Shown: positions 40,397 through 50,392, counted from the stretch's first letter. The stretch is DNA of 64,000 bases from an uncultured Nitrospiraceae bacterium (GCA_963706325.1 CAVPLT010000007.1:832001-896000); one strand, 5' to 3'. Notes: generated from the sequence alone by a model not told the origin. Translations and numbers: made by a program.

Positions 40397-41517
40397 TCCG
40401 GCTCTTGATCGCGGACAACTCGGCCCTGATGCGGAAATTGCTCGAAGGCATCTTCCTTGCAGAGGGCGACTTCGACATCCGATTGGCTCGTAACGGCAAT
40501 GAAGCCCTCGAACTGGTTCGTGCTTTCGATCCACAGGTTGTAACGCTCGATGTCCAGATGCCCGGCATGGACGGCTTGACTTGCCTTAGCCGGATCATGA
40601 TCGAGGCACCGCGGCCGGTTGTGATGATTTCCTCCCTGACAGCGGAAGGCGCCGATGCGACGCTGGAAGCTATCGAACTCGGCGCGGTCGATTTTATCGC
40701 CAAGCCAGGTGGAGCGGTTTCACTGGAGATCGATCGCATGCGACCCTTGCTGGTGGAAAAGGTTCGCGCTGCATCCAGCGCCCGGATCCGGCGCACCCTT
40801 CGGCTGACTGAGCGCGTTCGCCATCAGATTCGCGGCGCAGGGCTTGCGTCGCGACCCCGCCCCAGCCGAGCCTCACCGTCACCGGGCGCAAAAACCGGGA
40901 AAGCCGGTATGAAGCCCGGGAGTGCCATGCTTCCGGGACTCGTGCTGATTGGCACCTCTACCGGCGGCCCGGCGGCGCTCGATACCGTGCTGCCGCAACT
41001 ACCGGCGGACTTTCCCTGGCCGATTCTTGTCGCCCAGCATTTGCCGGCGAGTTTCACTGGGCCCTTCGCCAAACGACTTAACCGGGAATGCCATCTTGAT
41101 GTCGTCGAGGTCAATCAACCGATGCCGCTGAAGCCGGGCACCATCTACATCGGGAAGGGCGATGCCGACGTAATGGTCGCACCTCGGGCGGCCGGCGTCA
41201 TCGCGATGCCAGTGCCCGCCAAGGGCAGTTATTTATGGCATCCGAGCGTGGAACGCATGGTGGCCAGCGCGCTTGATCACCTCGAAGCCTCCCACCTGGT
41301 TGGCGTCATGATGACGGGAATGGGCAATGACGGCGCCGAGGCGATGAAACGTCTGCGGCTCACCGGTGGGCATACCATCGCTGAAGCCGAGTCCAGCGCG
41401 ATCGTCTGGGGCATGCCGGGTGAACTGGTGAAGAATGGTGGTGCCGAAACGGTACGGCCGCTGGAAGATATTGCCGAAGCGATCATTGAAATGGTGAATT
41501 CCTGTGCCGCTAGTTAG
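40393..41517 (+). CDS. cheB: Chemotaxis methylesterase (REC + CheB)
   Basis: TLDVQMPGMDG; GTSTGG, AQHLP, HPSV, MTGMGNDG, VWGMPG. Confidence 0.95.
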   Translation: MIRLLIADNSALMRKLLEGIFLAEGDFDIRLARNGNEALELVRAFDPQVVTLDVQMPGMDGLTCLSRIMIEAPRPVVMISSLTAEGADATLEAIELGAVDFIAKPGGAVSLEIDRMRPLLVEKVRAASSARIRRTLRLTERVRHQIRGAGLASRPRPSRASPSPGAKTGKAGMKPGSAMLPGLVLIGTSTGGPAALDTVLPQLPADFPWPILVAQHLPASFTGPFAKRLNRECHLDVVEVNQPMPLKPGTIYIGKGDADVMVAPRAAGVIAMPVPAKGSYLWHPSVERMVASALDHLEASHLVGVMMTGMGNDGAEAMKRLRLTGGHTIAEAESSAIVWGMPGELVKNGGAETVRPLEDIAEAIIEMVNSCAAS

Positions 41518-42112
41518 AGGCAAAATGGGCGGGGCAAGCGGCGAGACTTCAGGCTCGCTGCAAGGCGCGTTGGACAGTCCCGATGCGGACAGCCGCTGGA
41601 CGGCGGCTCGCGCGCTTGCGGATCAGGCCGACGCAGTGCCGGCGCTTGCCGTGGCTCTCGCCCGCGAGCCCATCCCGCGCGTGCGCGAAGCCATGATGAC
41701 GGCGCTGATCCGCATCGGCAATGCGGCCAGCATCGAAGTCATATTACCATACCTGCGGTCGCAAGACGCCAGTGTTCGGGCTGCGGCGATCGAAGCGTTA
41801 CAGGCGCTGCCCGACGCTATTGCGCCATTCATGACGCCACTGCTGAACGACGGCGATTCCGATGTGCGCCTGCTTGCGACCGAACTGGCGCGCAACATGG
41901 AGGGCTCCGAGGCCACTCGCCTGCTTTGCGAGTTGATCGAGCATGAACGCCACCCCAACGTCTGCGCCGCGGCGATCGACGTCCTGACCGAGGTTGGAAC
42001 GCCGGATGCGCTTCCGACCCTGAAGAAGTGCGCGGCGCGCTTTGCTGCGACCCCGTTTCTGCCGTTCGCGGTTTCTGTAGCGATGAGCCGCATATCGGGC
42101 GAAGAAAGCTAG
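41504..42112 (+). CDS. HEAT-repeat protein
   Basis: Repeated D..VR..A units (PRVREA, DASVRAAA, DSDVRLLA, NVCAAA). Confidence 0.85.
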   Translation: MPLVRGKMGGASGETSGSLQGALDSPDADSRWTAARALADQADAVPALAVALAREPIPRVREAMMTALIRIGNAASIEVILPYLRSQDASVRAAAIEALQALPDAIAPFMTPLLNDGDSDVRLLATELARNMEGSEATRLLCELIEHERHPNVCAAAIDVLTEVGTPDALPTLKKCAARFAATPFLPFAVSVAMSRISGEES

Positions 42113-42117
42113 ACCCG

Positions 42118-42987
42118 ATGGACGATTCAAAGGGAGGATCGTCGTTTGCCGTCCATATTTCCCCGGAGCAGGTCCAACGCTTTTGCGAATTTCTTTACCG
42201 TCGCACCGGTATGTCGTTTGCGGAGAGCAAGCGATATTTTATCGATCGGCGCCTCGAGGATCGCATCACTGCAACCGGATCATCGTCGTTTCAGGAATAT
42301 TTCTCGCTGCTGAGGACTGATGCCGATCAGGAGATCGAGCATCTGATCAACTCCTTCACCGTCAACGAAACCTATTTTTACCGCGAGGAACATCAGCTTC
42401 GCTGCATGACCACGAGCCTGCTCGATGCCATTGTCCGCCAAAAGAAGCCGGGCACCACGTTACGGATCTGGTCGATCCCGTGTTCGACAGGGGAGGAGCC
42501 CTATTCCATCGCCCTCTGGCTGATGGAAAACTGGCCGCAGGTGGACAGCTACAATATCGAGATCGTCGGGTCGGATATCGACACCCGCGCGCTCAAGGCC
42601 GCCGCCGAAGGCATCTATGGCGATCGCGCGCTGATGCGGTTATCCCGCGATATTATCGGCCGCTATTTCAGGCCGGTCACTGCCGGCAACTACCAGATCG
42701 ACGAGGGACTCAGGAATTCCATCGAATTCACGCGGGCCAATCTGATCGATACCAAGGATATGAAGCAGTATCGCGATTTCGATCTCATCTTCTGCCGCAA
42801 CGTCCTGATATATTTCGACGACGCTTCGCGCCGGCTCGCCGCGGAAAATCTCTATGATTGCCTGCGGCCGGGCGGCTACATTTGTCTCGGTCATTCGGAG
42901 AGCATGAGCCGGATCTCCCCGCTGTTTCGTGTATCCCGGTTTCCCGACGCGATCGTCTATCAAAGGCCGGAGGCAGATCATGGCTGA
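42118..42987 (+). CDS. cheR: Chemotaxis methyltransferase
   Basis: TVNETYFYRE, RIWSIPCSTGEEPYSIA, GSDID, DLIFCRNVLIYFD, GHSES. Confidence 0.96.
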   Translation: MDDSKGGSSFAVHISPEQVQRFCEFLYRRTGMSFAESKRYFIDRRLEDRITATGSSSFQEYFSLLRTDADQEIEHLINSFTVNETYFYREEHQLRCMTTSLLDAIVRQKKPGTTLRIWSIPCSTGEEPYSIALWLMENWPQVDSYNIEIVGSDIDTRALKAAAEGIYGDRALMRLSRDIIGRYFRPVTAGNYQIDEGLRNSIEFTRANLIDTKDMKQYRDFDLIFCRNVLIYFDDASRRLAAENLYDCLRPGGYICLGHSESMSRISPLFRVSRFPDAIVYQRPEADHG

Positions 42988-43378
42988 CACCGCAACGCCG
43001 GCCAAAGCAAAAGTTCTGGTGGTCGATGATTCCTCGCTGGTGCGGCTTTACTACCGGTCTGCGCTGGAGACCGCAGGCTTCGAGGTCAAGCAGGCAATCA
43101 ATGGCATCGAGGCAATGGAGAAGGTATTGTCGGAATCATTCGATCTGGTGATCGTCGACGTCAATATGCCACGAATGGACGGCTTCACCTTTTTGCGGTC
43201 GCTACGATCCGGCGTGGCTAATGTAGCGACGCTTCCGGCGTTGATGATTTCGACTGAGTCCGGTGAGCAGGACAGGGCGGAAGCCAGAGTGGCCGGGGCC
43301 AATTTCTACCTTGTGAAGCCGGTAGCGGAGGCCGAACTGATTCGGCATGTCTGTGTTCTTACGGGAGTCGCGCTGTGA
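42980..43378 (+). CDS. cheY: Single-domain response regulator
   Basis: VLVVDDS, VDVNMPRMDG, ISTES, GANFYLVKP. Confidence 0.88.
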   Translation: MADTATPAKAKVLVVDDSSLVRLYYRSALETAGFEVKQAINGIEAMEKVLSESFDLVIVDVNMPRMDGFTFLRSLRSGVANVATLPALMISTESGEQDRAEARVAGANFYLVKPVAEAELIRHVCVLTGVAL

Positions 43379-45663
43379 GCGCCCTTGAGGACCAATTCGT
43401 TGCCGAAGCGCGCGAGCTTATCCGACAGGCTACGGACGATCTTATCGCGCTGGAGCGCGACGGCTTGTCGCCTGAGCGGATCGATAGCGTGTTTCGTGCG
43501 TTTCACACGCTCAAGGGATCTGCGGGCGTAGTCGAGCTGCCGGCCATGAGCATTGTGCTCCATGCCGCCGAGGATCTGCTGGACAGCGTACGGCATGGAA
43601 CGCTTGGAGCCGGCGCCGAGGTCGTCAATGCTGCCTTGACCTGCCTCGATCAGGTGTCGCGCTGGGTCGGCAACTTCGAGGCCGCCGGAGCGTTGCCGTC
43701 CCGAGCCGGGGAAGATAGCCGCGCGATGGCGCAACGGTTGCGATCGTTTCTGCCGCGTCGAAGTGGCGAGCAGCCAGCGACCTCCGTATCAGAACTTCCA
43801 AAGGAAGTAGGTCAGGGGCCGTTGCCCGAATGGGTCTCGCAGCTGATCGCGGCGGAGCGTGATGCGATCACATCGCGAATGCCGGAGCGGCCACTGGCGG
43901 CTACGGCTATTTCATATGAGCCTTTCGGTGGTTGTTTCTTTAATGGTGACGATCCGGTTCATCTGATGCAGCAGGTGCCAGGCCTGCTGGCATTTCAAAT
44001 CGAGCCGCGTGAACTTTTTGTGCCGCTTGCGGATATCGATCCCTACGCCTGCAACCTGCGCTTGCGGGCCATTTCGAACGGCAATCCAGACGAAATTGCT
44101 GCGCTGTTTCGGCTGGTGCCGGATCAGACACAGATCATCAGCGTTCCGTCAGGAGCGCTTCCTGCCGCAGAGATGCACGTTGGGTCCGGCAACCAATCCC
44201 TGATCTGCAACGTGATCGAGGCGCAATGCGAATTGCTCCGCGTACCGGATCGAGCGGACGAATTGGCGGGCTGCATTGGCGCAGCGGCACGCGTAGCGGA
44301 AAATGCCTTGCGCCACGGCCGGCGACTGGACTTGGCCGATACTGTCGGGCGAGCCGGCGCGCTGGCACTATCGCAGCAGGACGCCGGACCATTGTTGTCT
44401 GAGCTTGAAAAGACACTCGCGGCCTTCGCCAGCCCTCCCTCAACGACGGCCGTCAACGGCGGATCCCAAGCAGCGTCCGAAAGACCGGCCGATCGCGTGC
44501 TCCGCGTCAGCGAGGCGAAAATCGAGGCCCTCGTGAATTTGGCGGGTGAACTCGTGGTCGCAAGAAACGCTCTGTCTTACTCGGTCAGGCAAGTCGAGCG
44601 CAACCTTGCCGGCAGCGAAGTCGCCAGGTCAATTCAGCGGGACCGCGACGCCATAGATCGTCTGGTGACCGAATTGCATGGCTCGGTCCTGCAGTTACGG
44701 ATGGTGCCGGTCTCGCAGCTGTTTGGATCTTTTCCTCGGCTGGTGCGCGACGTTGCCAGGCAGCTCCATAAGAAAGTTGTGCTTGTTGCGAGCGGAGAGA
44801 CCACAGAAGTCGACAAGACCATCATGGACCGTCTTTTCGAGCCCATGGTGCATCTGGTGCGTAATGCCTTGGATCACGGTATCGAAGACCCCGAGCAACG
44901 GCGGGCGGCAGGGAAGTCGGAGGCTGCGAAAATCTCGATCGCGGCATCCCGGAGCGGAGACCGCCTGCTGGTGGAAGTTACAGACGACGGCCGCGGTATC
45001 GATCCCGCGGTCGTGCGGCGCAAGGCCTTCGAAAGGCAGATATTGCCGCCCGATGAACTGGCCGCCCTGACGGATGAGGCGGCTGTCGATCTGGTTTTCT
45101 CGGCCGGATTTTCGACCGCATCAATCGTATCGGATATTTCCGGTCGCGGCTTCGGAATGGATGTGGTCCGCACAGCAATTGAACATATCGGCGGCAGGGT
45201 TTCGCTGGAGAGCAAAGTCGGAACCGGCACCACGGTTCGGCTCGACCTGCCGATGACCATCGCGATGTCCCGGATCATGGTGGTCGAGGCAGGCGGACAG
45301 CCGTTCGGCATTGCCATGGAAGCGGTGTCCGAGACGGTGCGTGTCCCGCCTGACCGGGTGAGCACGATCAAGAACAATGATGGTTTCGTTTTGCGTGATC
45401 GCGTGGTGCCAATCATTTCGTTGGCCGAACTGATGAAACTGCCCGGGCGAAAGAGGGATGCCGCCGAGCCAAGACTTTTGGTCGTCGTGGAGGGTGCCGG
45501 CAGGATAGCCGCCTTCGAGATCGACGCGGTACGCGACCGCCTAGATGTGGTGCTTAAGCCGATGCAGGGACTGCTGTCCGGGGCACACGGCTATGCCGGG
45601 ACAACATTGCTGGGCAATGGACAGGTCCTGCTGGTGCTGGACGTGAAGGAGATACTGCCTTGA
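43375..45663 (+). CDS. cheA: Chemotaxis histidine kinase
   Basis: FRAFHTLKG (Hpt), LVNLAGELVV, HLVRNALDHGIE, DDGRGID, GFSTA..SGRGFGMDVV, C-terminal CheW-like domain. Confidence 0.96.
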   Translation: MSALEDQFVAEARELIRQATDDLIALERDGLSPERIDSVFRAFHTLKGSAGVVELPAMSIVLHAAEDLLDSVRHGTLGAGAEVVNAALTCLDQVSRWVGNFEAAGALPSRAGEDSRAMAQRLRSFLPRRSGEQPATSVSELPKEVGQGPLPEWVSQLIAAERDAITSRMPERPLAATAISYEPFGGCFFNGDDPVHLMQQVPGLLAFQIEPRELFVPLADIDPYACNLRLRAISNGNPDEIAALFRLVPDQTQIISVPSGALPAAEMHVGSGNQSLICNVIEAQCELLRVPDRADELAGCIGAAARVAENALRHGRRLDLADTVGRAGALALSQQDAGPLLSELEKTLAAFASPPSTTAVNGGSQAASERPADRVLRVSEAKIEALVNLAGELVVARNALSYSVRQVERNLAGSEVARSIQRDRDAIDRLVTELHGSVLQLRMVPVSQLFGSFPRLVRDVARQLHKKVVLVASGETTEVDKTIMDRLFEPMVHLVRNALDHGIEDPEQRRAAGKSEAAKISIAASRSGDRLLVEVTDDGRGIDPAVVRRKAFERQILPPDELAALTDEAAVDLVFSAGFSTASIVSDISGRGFGMDVVRTAIEHIGGRVSLESKVGTGTTVRLDLPMTIAMSRIMVVEAGGQPFGIAMEAVSETVRVPPDRVSTIKNNDGFVLRDRVVPIISLAELMKLPGRKRDAAEPRLLVVVEGAGRIAAFEIDAVRDRLDVVLKPMQGLLSGAHGYAGTTLLGNGQVLLVLDVKEILP

Positions 45664-45914
45664 CCATTCGTCGTAGCGATGAAGGTATCGTGGTCCTCGA
45701 CGGCGTGTGCGCCGTGGAGGATGCCGAGTCACTCTTGCAGATGCTCCAGGCAACGCCAGCCGCGTTGGTCGACTGGACACGATGTCGCCAACTGCATACG
45801 GCCGTACTCCAGGTCATCATAGCTTCGGGAATTGTCCCGATTGGACCTTGCGGCGACGTCTGGGTGCAGCGGTGGCTGGCGCCAAAGCTATCCCAAAAGG
45901 AGACCGCCGGATAG
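45660..45914 (+). CDS. Small STAS-like protein
   Basis: VLDGVCAVEDAESL..VDWTRCRQLHTAVLQVI; translationally coupled to cheA. Confidence 0.65.
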   Translation: MTIRRSDEGIVVLDGVCAVEDAESLLQMLQATPAALVDWTRCRQLHTAVLQVIIASGIVPIGPCGDVWVQRWLAPKLSQKETAG

Positions 45915-45938
45915 CAATCAGTGCTTCGTCGCTTGGAT

Positions 45939-45964
45939 GGAACCAACCGGGCAAGCCGACCATT
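45939..45964 (+). promoter_or_regulatory. Candidate sigma-EcfG-type promoter
   Basis: GGAAC-N17-CATT about 100 bp upstream of the response regulator. Confidence 0.45.
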
Positions 45965-46062
45965 TACCCCTTGCGACAGGAGGTTAGAGCTGCGGCCCTG
46001 GAGCCTTTCATTAAACCTATGACCGGCATGGGTCAGAGACATAACCAAGAGAAGCCTGGAAA

Positions 46063-46446
46063 ATGAAGTATAAAGTCTTGATCGTCGATGACAGCAAGCT
46101 CGCCCGGATGGTGATGGCAAGCGCCTTCCGGCGTATCCGACCGGACTGGACATTGGTCGAGACCGCCAATGCCGGCGAGGCGCTGGCCGCCATTTCCGGA
46201 GGCTCGGTCGATATTGCGCTGATCGATTTCAACATGCCCGGGATCGATGGGCTGGAATTGGTTTCAAATATCCGCAAGACCCATCCGAACATGCCGGTCG
46301 CCGTTGTCTCGGCGAACGTGCAGAATGAAATCGTTGCCCGTGCACGGGAATTGAATGCGGGCTTTATTCCGAAGCCCTTGACCGATGAAGGTCTTGCCGC
46401 CTTCCTTTCGGGCGCCGCGCTTCGACTGAAGAAATTAACGACATGA
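46063..46446 (+). CDS. Single-domain response regulator
   Basis: LIVDDSKLAR, IDFNMPGIDG, VSANVQ, FIPKP. Confidence 0.92.
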   Translation: MKYKVLIVDDSKLARMVMASAFRRIRPDWTLVETANAGEALAAISGGSVDIALIDFNMPGIDGLELVSNIRKTHPNMPVAVVSANVQNEIVARARELNAGFIPKPLTDEGLAAFLSGAALRLKKLTT

Positions 46447-47093
46447 CCGTCGATGCAGGCGAACTCACCGAAATCGAACAGGATGCGCTCGCCGAAATCG
46501 CCAACATGGGTGTCAGCCGCGCCGCGAATAGTCTCCGACAGATGGTGGGGGAGGAGGTCTTGCTGTCTGTCCCCTCGGTCAAGATCGTATCACGCGAAGC
46601 GGCGTCGAAACTGGTCGAGCGCGAAAATGCGAAGAAGCTCGTTGCCGTGCAGCAGTCTTTCGAAGGACCATTCGCCGGTAAGGCGCTCCTGATCTTTCCA
46701 GAAGCGCAAAGTCTCGAGCTCGTCCGCTCGATTGTCGGCGACCAGCATACCTTGGAGGATGTCATTGATTTAGAGCAAGAGGCTCTTGCTGAAACGGGCA
46801 ATATCATTCTGAACGGATGTCTAGCGACAATCGCGAATGTCCTGAACCGGACGATGCGGATGTCACTGCCGTCCATCGTTCGTGGAGATGGAGCCGCCTT
46901 GTTTGAGGTCAAGGGGACTGCGTCGCGAGAACAATTTGTTTTGTTTCTCTATATCGATTTCAATATCAAGACGCGCGATGTGCACGGCTTCATTGCCCTT
47001 CTCATGGATTTGCCGTCCATCGCCGCGTTGAGGACGATCGTCAACGACTTCATCAGCACCATTGAAAAGCAACCTTCTGGTCATGTTGGGTAA
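46443..47093 (+). CDS. cheC: CheC/CheX-family phosphatase (paralogue of 35894-36511)
   Basis: DALAEIANMG, LSVPSV, EALAETGNIILN, MSLPSI. Confidence 0.87.
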   Translation: MTVDAGELTEIEQDALAEIANMGVSRAANSLRQMVGEEVLLSVPSVKIVSREAASKLVERENAKKLVAVQQSFEGPFAGKALLIFPEAQSLELVRSIVGDQHTLEDVIDLEQEALAETGNIILNGCLATIANVLNRTMRMSLPSIVRGDGAALFEVKGTASREQFVLFLYIDFNIKTRDVHGFIALLMDLPSIAALRTIVNDFISTIEKQPSGHVG

Positions 47094-49053
47094 CACATCC
47101 GATCCTGTATTTAGCCTCGTTTTTGACGCTATCGACATCGGTCTCGTTGTGATTGATGGCGACGGACGTGTCGTTGGCTGGAATGCTTGGATGGCTCGCA
47201 TCTCCCGACAGCCGGCACAGCATATTATCGGTAAGTCTTTCTTCGAAATCTTCCCCGATGCACGCGGCACCCGTTTGCCCGGCGTTATCGAAGATGCATT
47301 TCAGGTCGGCAGCTCCAGCATTTTGACCCACAGCCTGAATGCGTTGCTGCCGCTGCAAGGCGAAAGCGGTGAGCCAATCCTTCACAATATCGTCGTGCGC
47401 CCCGTATCGTCAGAACATGCAAATTACTGTCTTCTGCAGATTACGGACGTTACGGTGGCCGTCACGCGAGAGCGTGTATTGCGGGAACGTCAGAACGCGC
47501 GGTATCACGCGATCGTCGATTTGGCGCCGGATGCGATCATTACGATCGACGACAACCGCGACATCCAATGGGTCAACGGCGCAGTGGATCATGTTCTGGG
47601 CTACGGACACTCAGAGTTGCTTGGGCAAAAACTGGACATTCTGCTCCAATCGGACAATCCGTTGTTCCCGGCGCTGGCGGAAAGCTCGGTCGATCGGAAG
47701 AGCGATGCCGCAATATCAGTCGTCGGCCGGTACAAGAATGGAAAATTTGGCCACTTCGAAATTTCGCTGGGTCACTGGCGGGCTGATCAGCGCGATTTCA
47801 TTACGACGATCTGGCGCGACGTTACGGAACGCGTGGCCGCCGATGCCGCCTTGCGCGATGCACGGGATGCGTTGCAGAGGAGTAACGATGAACTCGAAAG
47901 CCGGGTAGAAGAGCGGACGCGCGAGCGGGAGATCGCGCTAAGACAACTGCACGAATCCCAGAAGATGGAGAGCATCGGGCAGTTGACGGGCGGGGTGGCG
48001 CACGACTTCAACAACTTGCTGGCCGTCATATTGGGCAGTCTGAGCCTGCTGAAAAAGACGGTTCCGGAAGAACCGCGGATATCCCGATTGCTGGATCGGG
48101 CCATCCAGGGCGCCGAGCGCGGTGCTACCTTGACCACGCGACTGCTGGCGTTTGCACGGCGGCAGGAATTGAAAGTCGAATTTGTCGCCCTGCAAAGGTT
48201 GATCCCCGAAATGTTGGATTTCTTGCGGCATTCCGTCGGTCCTAACATCGAGATTTGCACGGAGATTTCGCCGGAGGTCGGTACGATTGAGGTAGATGCG
48301 AACCAGCTCGAACTGGCTCTGATCAATCTCGCAGTGAATGCCCGAGACGCGATGCCGCAGGGTGGCTCACTGACGATCGGTTGTCACAACCAGGAAAACG
48401 GGAAGAGCATCGGGCTATCGCGAGATCCGTTCGTTTGCATCACCGTGACCGATACAGGTGAGGGCATGAGCGAAGCGACGCTGGCGCGCGCACAGGAGCC
48501 CTTCTTCACCACGAAAGGCGTGGGCAAAGGCACCGGCCTTGGTCTGTCGATGGTCCACGGATTTACGGCGCAGTCTGGCGGGACGATGCGTATCAGAAGC
48601 CAACTGAGCAAGGGGACGTCGGTGACGATTTGGCTGCCGCGTGCAAGGGAGGGCAGCAAGACAGTGAGCGTGGACATACCGCTTACGCAATCGAAAGAAG
48701 CGCGAAGCCTCCGCGTGTTGCTGGTCGATGACGATATCCTGGTGAGCATGGGGGCCGCTGACATGTTGCTAGATCTCGGTCATAGCGTGACCGAAGCTCA
48801 ATCTGGACCACACGCGCTCAAACTGCTGGAAACCGATGCGCCGTTCGACATCGTGGTGACCGATTACGCCATGCCGGGGATGAATGGTTTCGAGTTCGCC
48901 CAGCGAGTTAAGGAGAGAAATCCAAAATTGCCCATTATCCTGGCAACGGGATACGCCGAATTGCCAGCCGACCGATCTATTGAATTTGGGCATTTATCCA
49001 AGCCCTATACGTCAAAGGACTTGGCAGAAGCGCTGGAGAAGGCGGTGATGTAG
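47083..49053 (+). CDS. PAS-PAS hybrid histidine kinase (HisKA, HATPase, REC)
   Basis: VVGWNAWM PAS, second PAS, QKMESIGQLTGGVAHDFNNLL, NARDAM, EPFFTTKG..GTGLGLS, LLVDDD..TDYAMPGM..KP. Confidence 0.93.
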   Translation: MLGNTSDPVFSLVFDAIDIGLVVIDGDGRVVGWNAWMARISRQPAQHIIGKSFFEIFPDARGTRLPGVIEDAFQVGSSSILTHSLNALLPLQGESGEPILHNIVVRPVSSEHANYCLLQITDVTVAVTRERVLRERQNARYHAIVDLAPDAIITIDDNRDIQWVNGAVDHVLGYGHSELLGQKLDILLQSDNPLFPALAESSVDRKSDAAISVVGRYKNGKFGHFEISLGHWRADQRDFITTIWRDVTERVAADAALRDARDALQRSNDELESRVEERTREREIALRQLHESQKMESIGQLTGGVAHDFNNLLAVILGSLSLLKKTVPEEPRISRLLDRAIQGAERGATLTTRLLAFARRQELKVEFVALQRLIPEMLDFLRHSVGPNIEICTEISPEVGTIEVDANQLELALINLAVNARDAMPQGGSLTIGCHNQENGKSIGLSRDPFVCITVTDTGEGMSEATLARAQEPFFTTKGVGKGTGLGLSMVHGFTAQSGGTMRIRSQLSKGTSVTIWLPRAREGSKTVSVDIPLTQSKEARSLRVLLVDDDILVSMGAADMLLDLGHSVTEAQSGPHALKLLETDAPFDIVVTDYAMPGMNGFEFAQRVKERNPKLPIILATGYAELPADRSIEFGHLSKPYTSKDLAEALEKAVM

Positions 49054-49406
49054 TACCAAGGGCTCGTTCCGCTATGACGCGAAGGGCGGAAATTGCAGGA
49101 CGCGTATTTCAGGTCAGCTTTGGCCCAACAGCCGCCGTTGCTGCTGCGATACCCCTAGGCTCCCCCAGCGACCACGAAGTAGATAAATTGCTCGGATGCT
49201 ATTGAGCTGAGTTAGAGTGACCCGACCCCTGCGGAGGTTGAGCTCTGAGATAGCCCGGCGCAATGTCAGGGGCTGAAGCGGCATACATCCCGTTCGCTTG
49301 TCGACTCCTGCTTTTGACCACAACGGAAGTCGAGCAACAACTCCCGGCAATTGCCGCGCGTTGGTTGAGATGCGCGCTGTGCGGGGCGGCAGTGACGACG
49401 CGACGT

Positions 49407-49916
49407 CTAAATTCTCCGGCTGTCGTAGGCCCAATGTAGCAGCGCCTGGCGCTGGCGCGGCCGGCAAGTCGGGTCGCCCGGTTCGCAATGCTTCCTGATT
49501 TGTGAGACGTGTCGACTGATGGCCTTCCAGCGCCCGATCTGTCGCGCGTCTTCCTCGGGCAAGCGCCGGCCCAGGTAGTATCGGCAATACCACTGGAACC
49601 AGCCGCGCGGATCGTCCGGTTGTATCCAGCCCTTTCTTCGCCATTCCGACAAGCGTTGGCTGGCGTCCACGCCGAAATAGTTCAGGGAGCAGTCCCGGCC
49701 AGAAGGCGAGAGCTTCGCCCGCGCGAACCAACTCGCGGGAAACTCGTCACGACAATCGGTGAGGTATTTGCCGCAGAACACGCCGAGTTCGAGCATCAGC
49801 TTGGGTGTCAAATCGGGCCGGAATTGCGGGTCGAAATCGCGGCCGGCCGGCGCAGACAAGACGTAGCAATAGCCTCTCTGCATTTTGTCGCTGACGATGA
49901 CGATGCGGCGGCGCAT
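49407..49916 (-). CDS. Conserved hypothetical protein (GWFQWYCRYY family)
   Basis: GGAGG RBS right after the tspO stop; motifs PDLTPKLMLELGVFCGKY, NYFGV.ASQ.L.EW..KGWI..DDPRGWFQWYCRYYLGRR, RQRQALLHWAYD. Confidence 0.8.
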   Translation of the reverse strand: MRRRIVIVSDKMQRGYCYVLSAPAGRDFDPQFRPDLTPKLMLELGVFCGKYLTDCRDEFPASWFARAKLSPSGRDCSLNYFGVDASQRLSEWRRKGWIQPDDPRGWFQWYCRYYLGRRLPEEDARQIGRWKAISRHVSQIRKHCEPGDPTCRPRQRQALLHWAYDSRRI

Positions 49917-49927
49917 CCGGCCTCCAG

Positions 49928-50392
49928 TCAGTTCAACAGCCAGATCGCGCCGTTCAGAACCGAAGCGAACGCCACCCACGCGGCGTAGGGCGCGAACATC
50001 AGAGATGCAAGCTTATCCTGTCGCCAGGATATCATGATGAAGCCAATGATCGTGATCAGGAGCAGCACGATTACGCCAAGGGCGATATCGATGCGATGAC
50101 CTGAGAAGAAGATGGGCGACCAAACGAAATTCAGAGCCAGCTGTCCCCACCATAGCTTCATCGGTGGGTTGTTGCGGCCCTCTCTCCAAACACGCCACCC
50201 AGCGATCGCGATGATGATATAAAGCGTGCTCCAAACCGGGGCAAAGATCCAGTTAGGCGGACTGAAAGGCGGCTTGCTTAGCGCCGCATACCATGCACCG
50301 GGGGCGGTAGCGAAACCGATGATAAGGCCGCCACCCAGAACGAGCGCAACAAACAAGACTAAACTGCCGAGTTCGGCCGCGCGCATTTTCAT
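49928..50392 (-). CDS. tspO: TspO/MBR tryptophan-rich sensory protein
   Basis: WYAALSKPPFSPPNWIFAPVWSTLY, QLALNFVWSPIFF, PYAAWVAFASVLN. Confidence 0.95.
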   Translation of the reverse strand: MKMRAAELGSLVLFVALVLGGGLIIGFATAPGAWYAALSKPPFSPPNWIFAPVWSTLYIIIAIAGWRVWREGRNNPPMKLWWGQLALNFVWSPIFFSGHRIDIALGVIVLLLITIIGFIMISWRQDKLASLMFAPYAAWVAFASVLNGAIWLLN

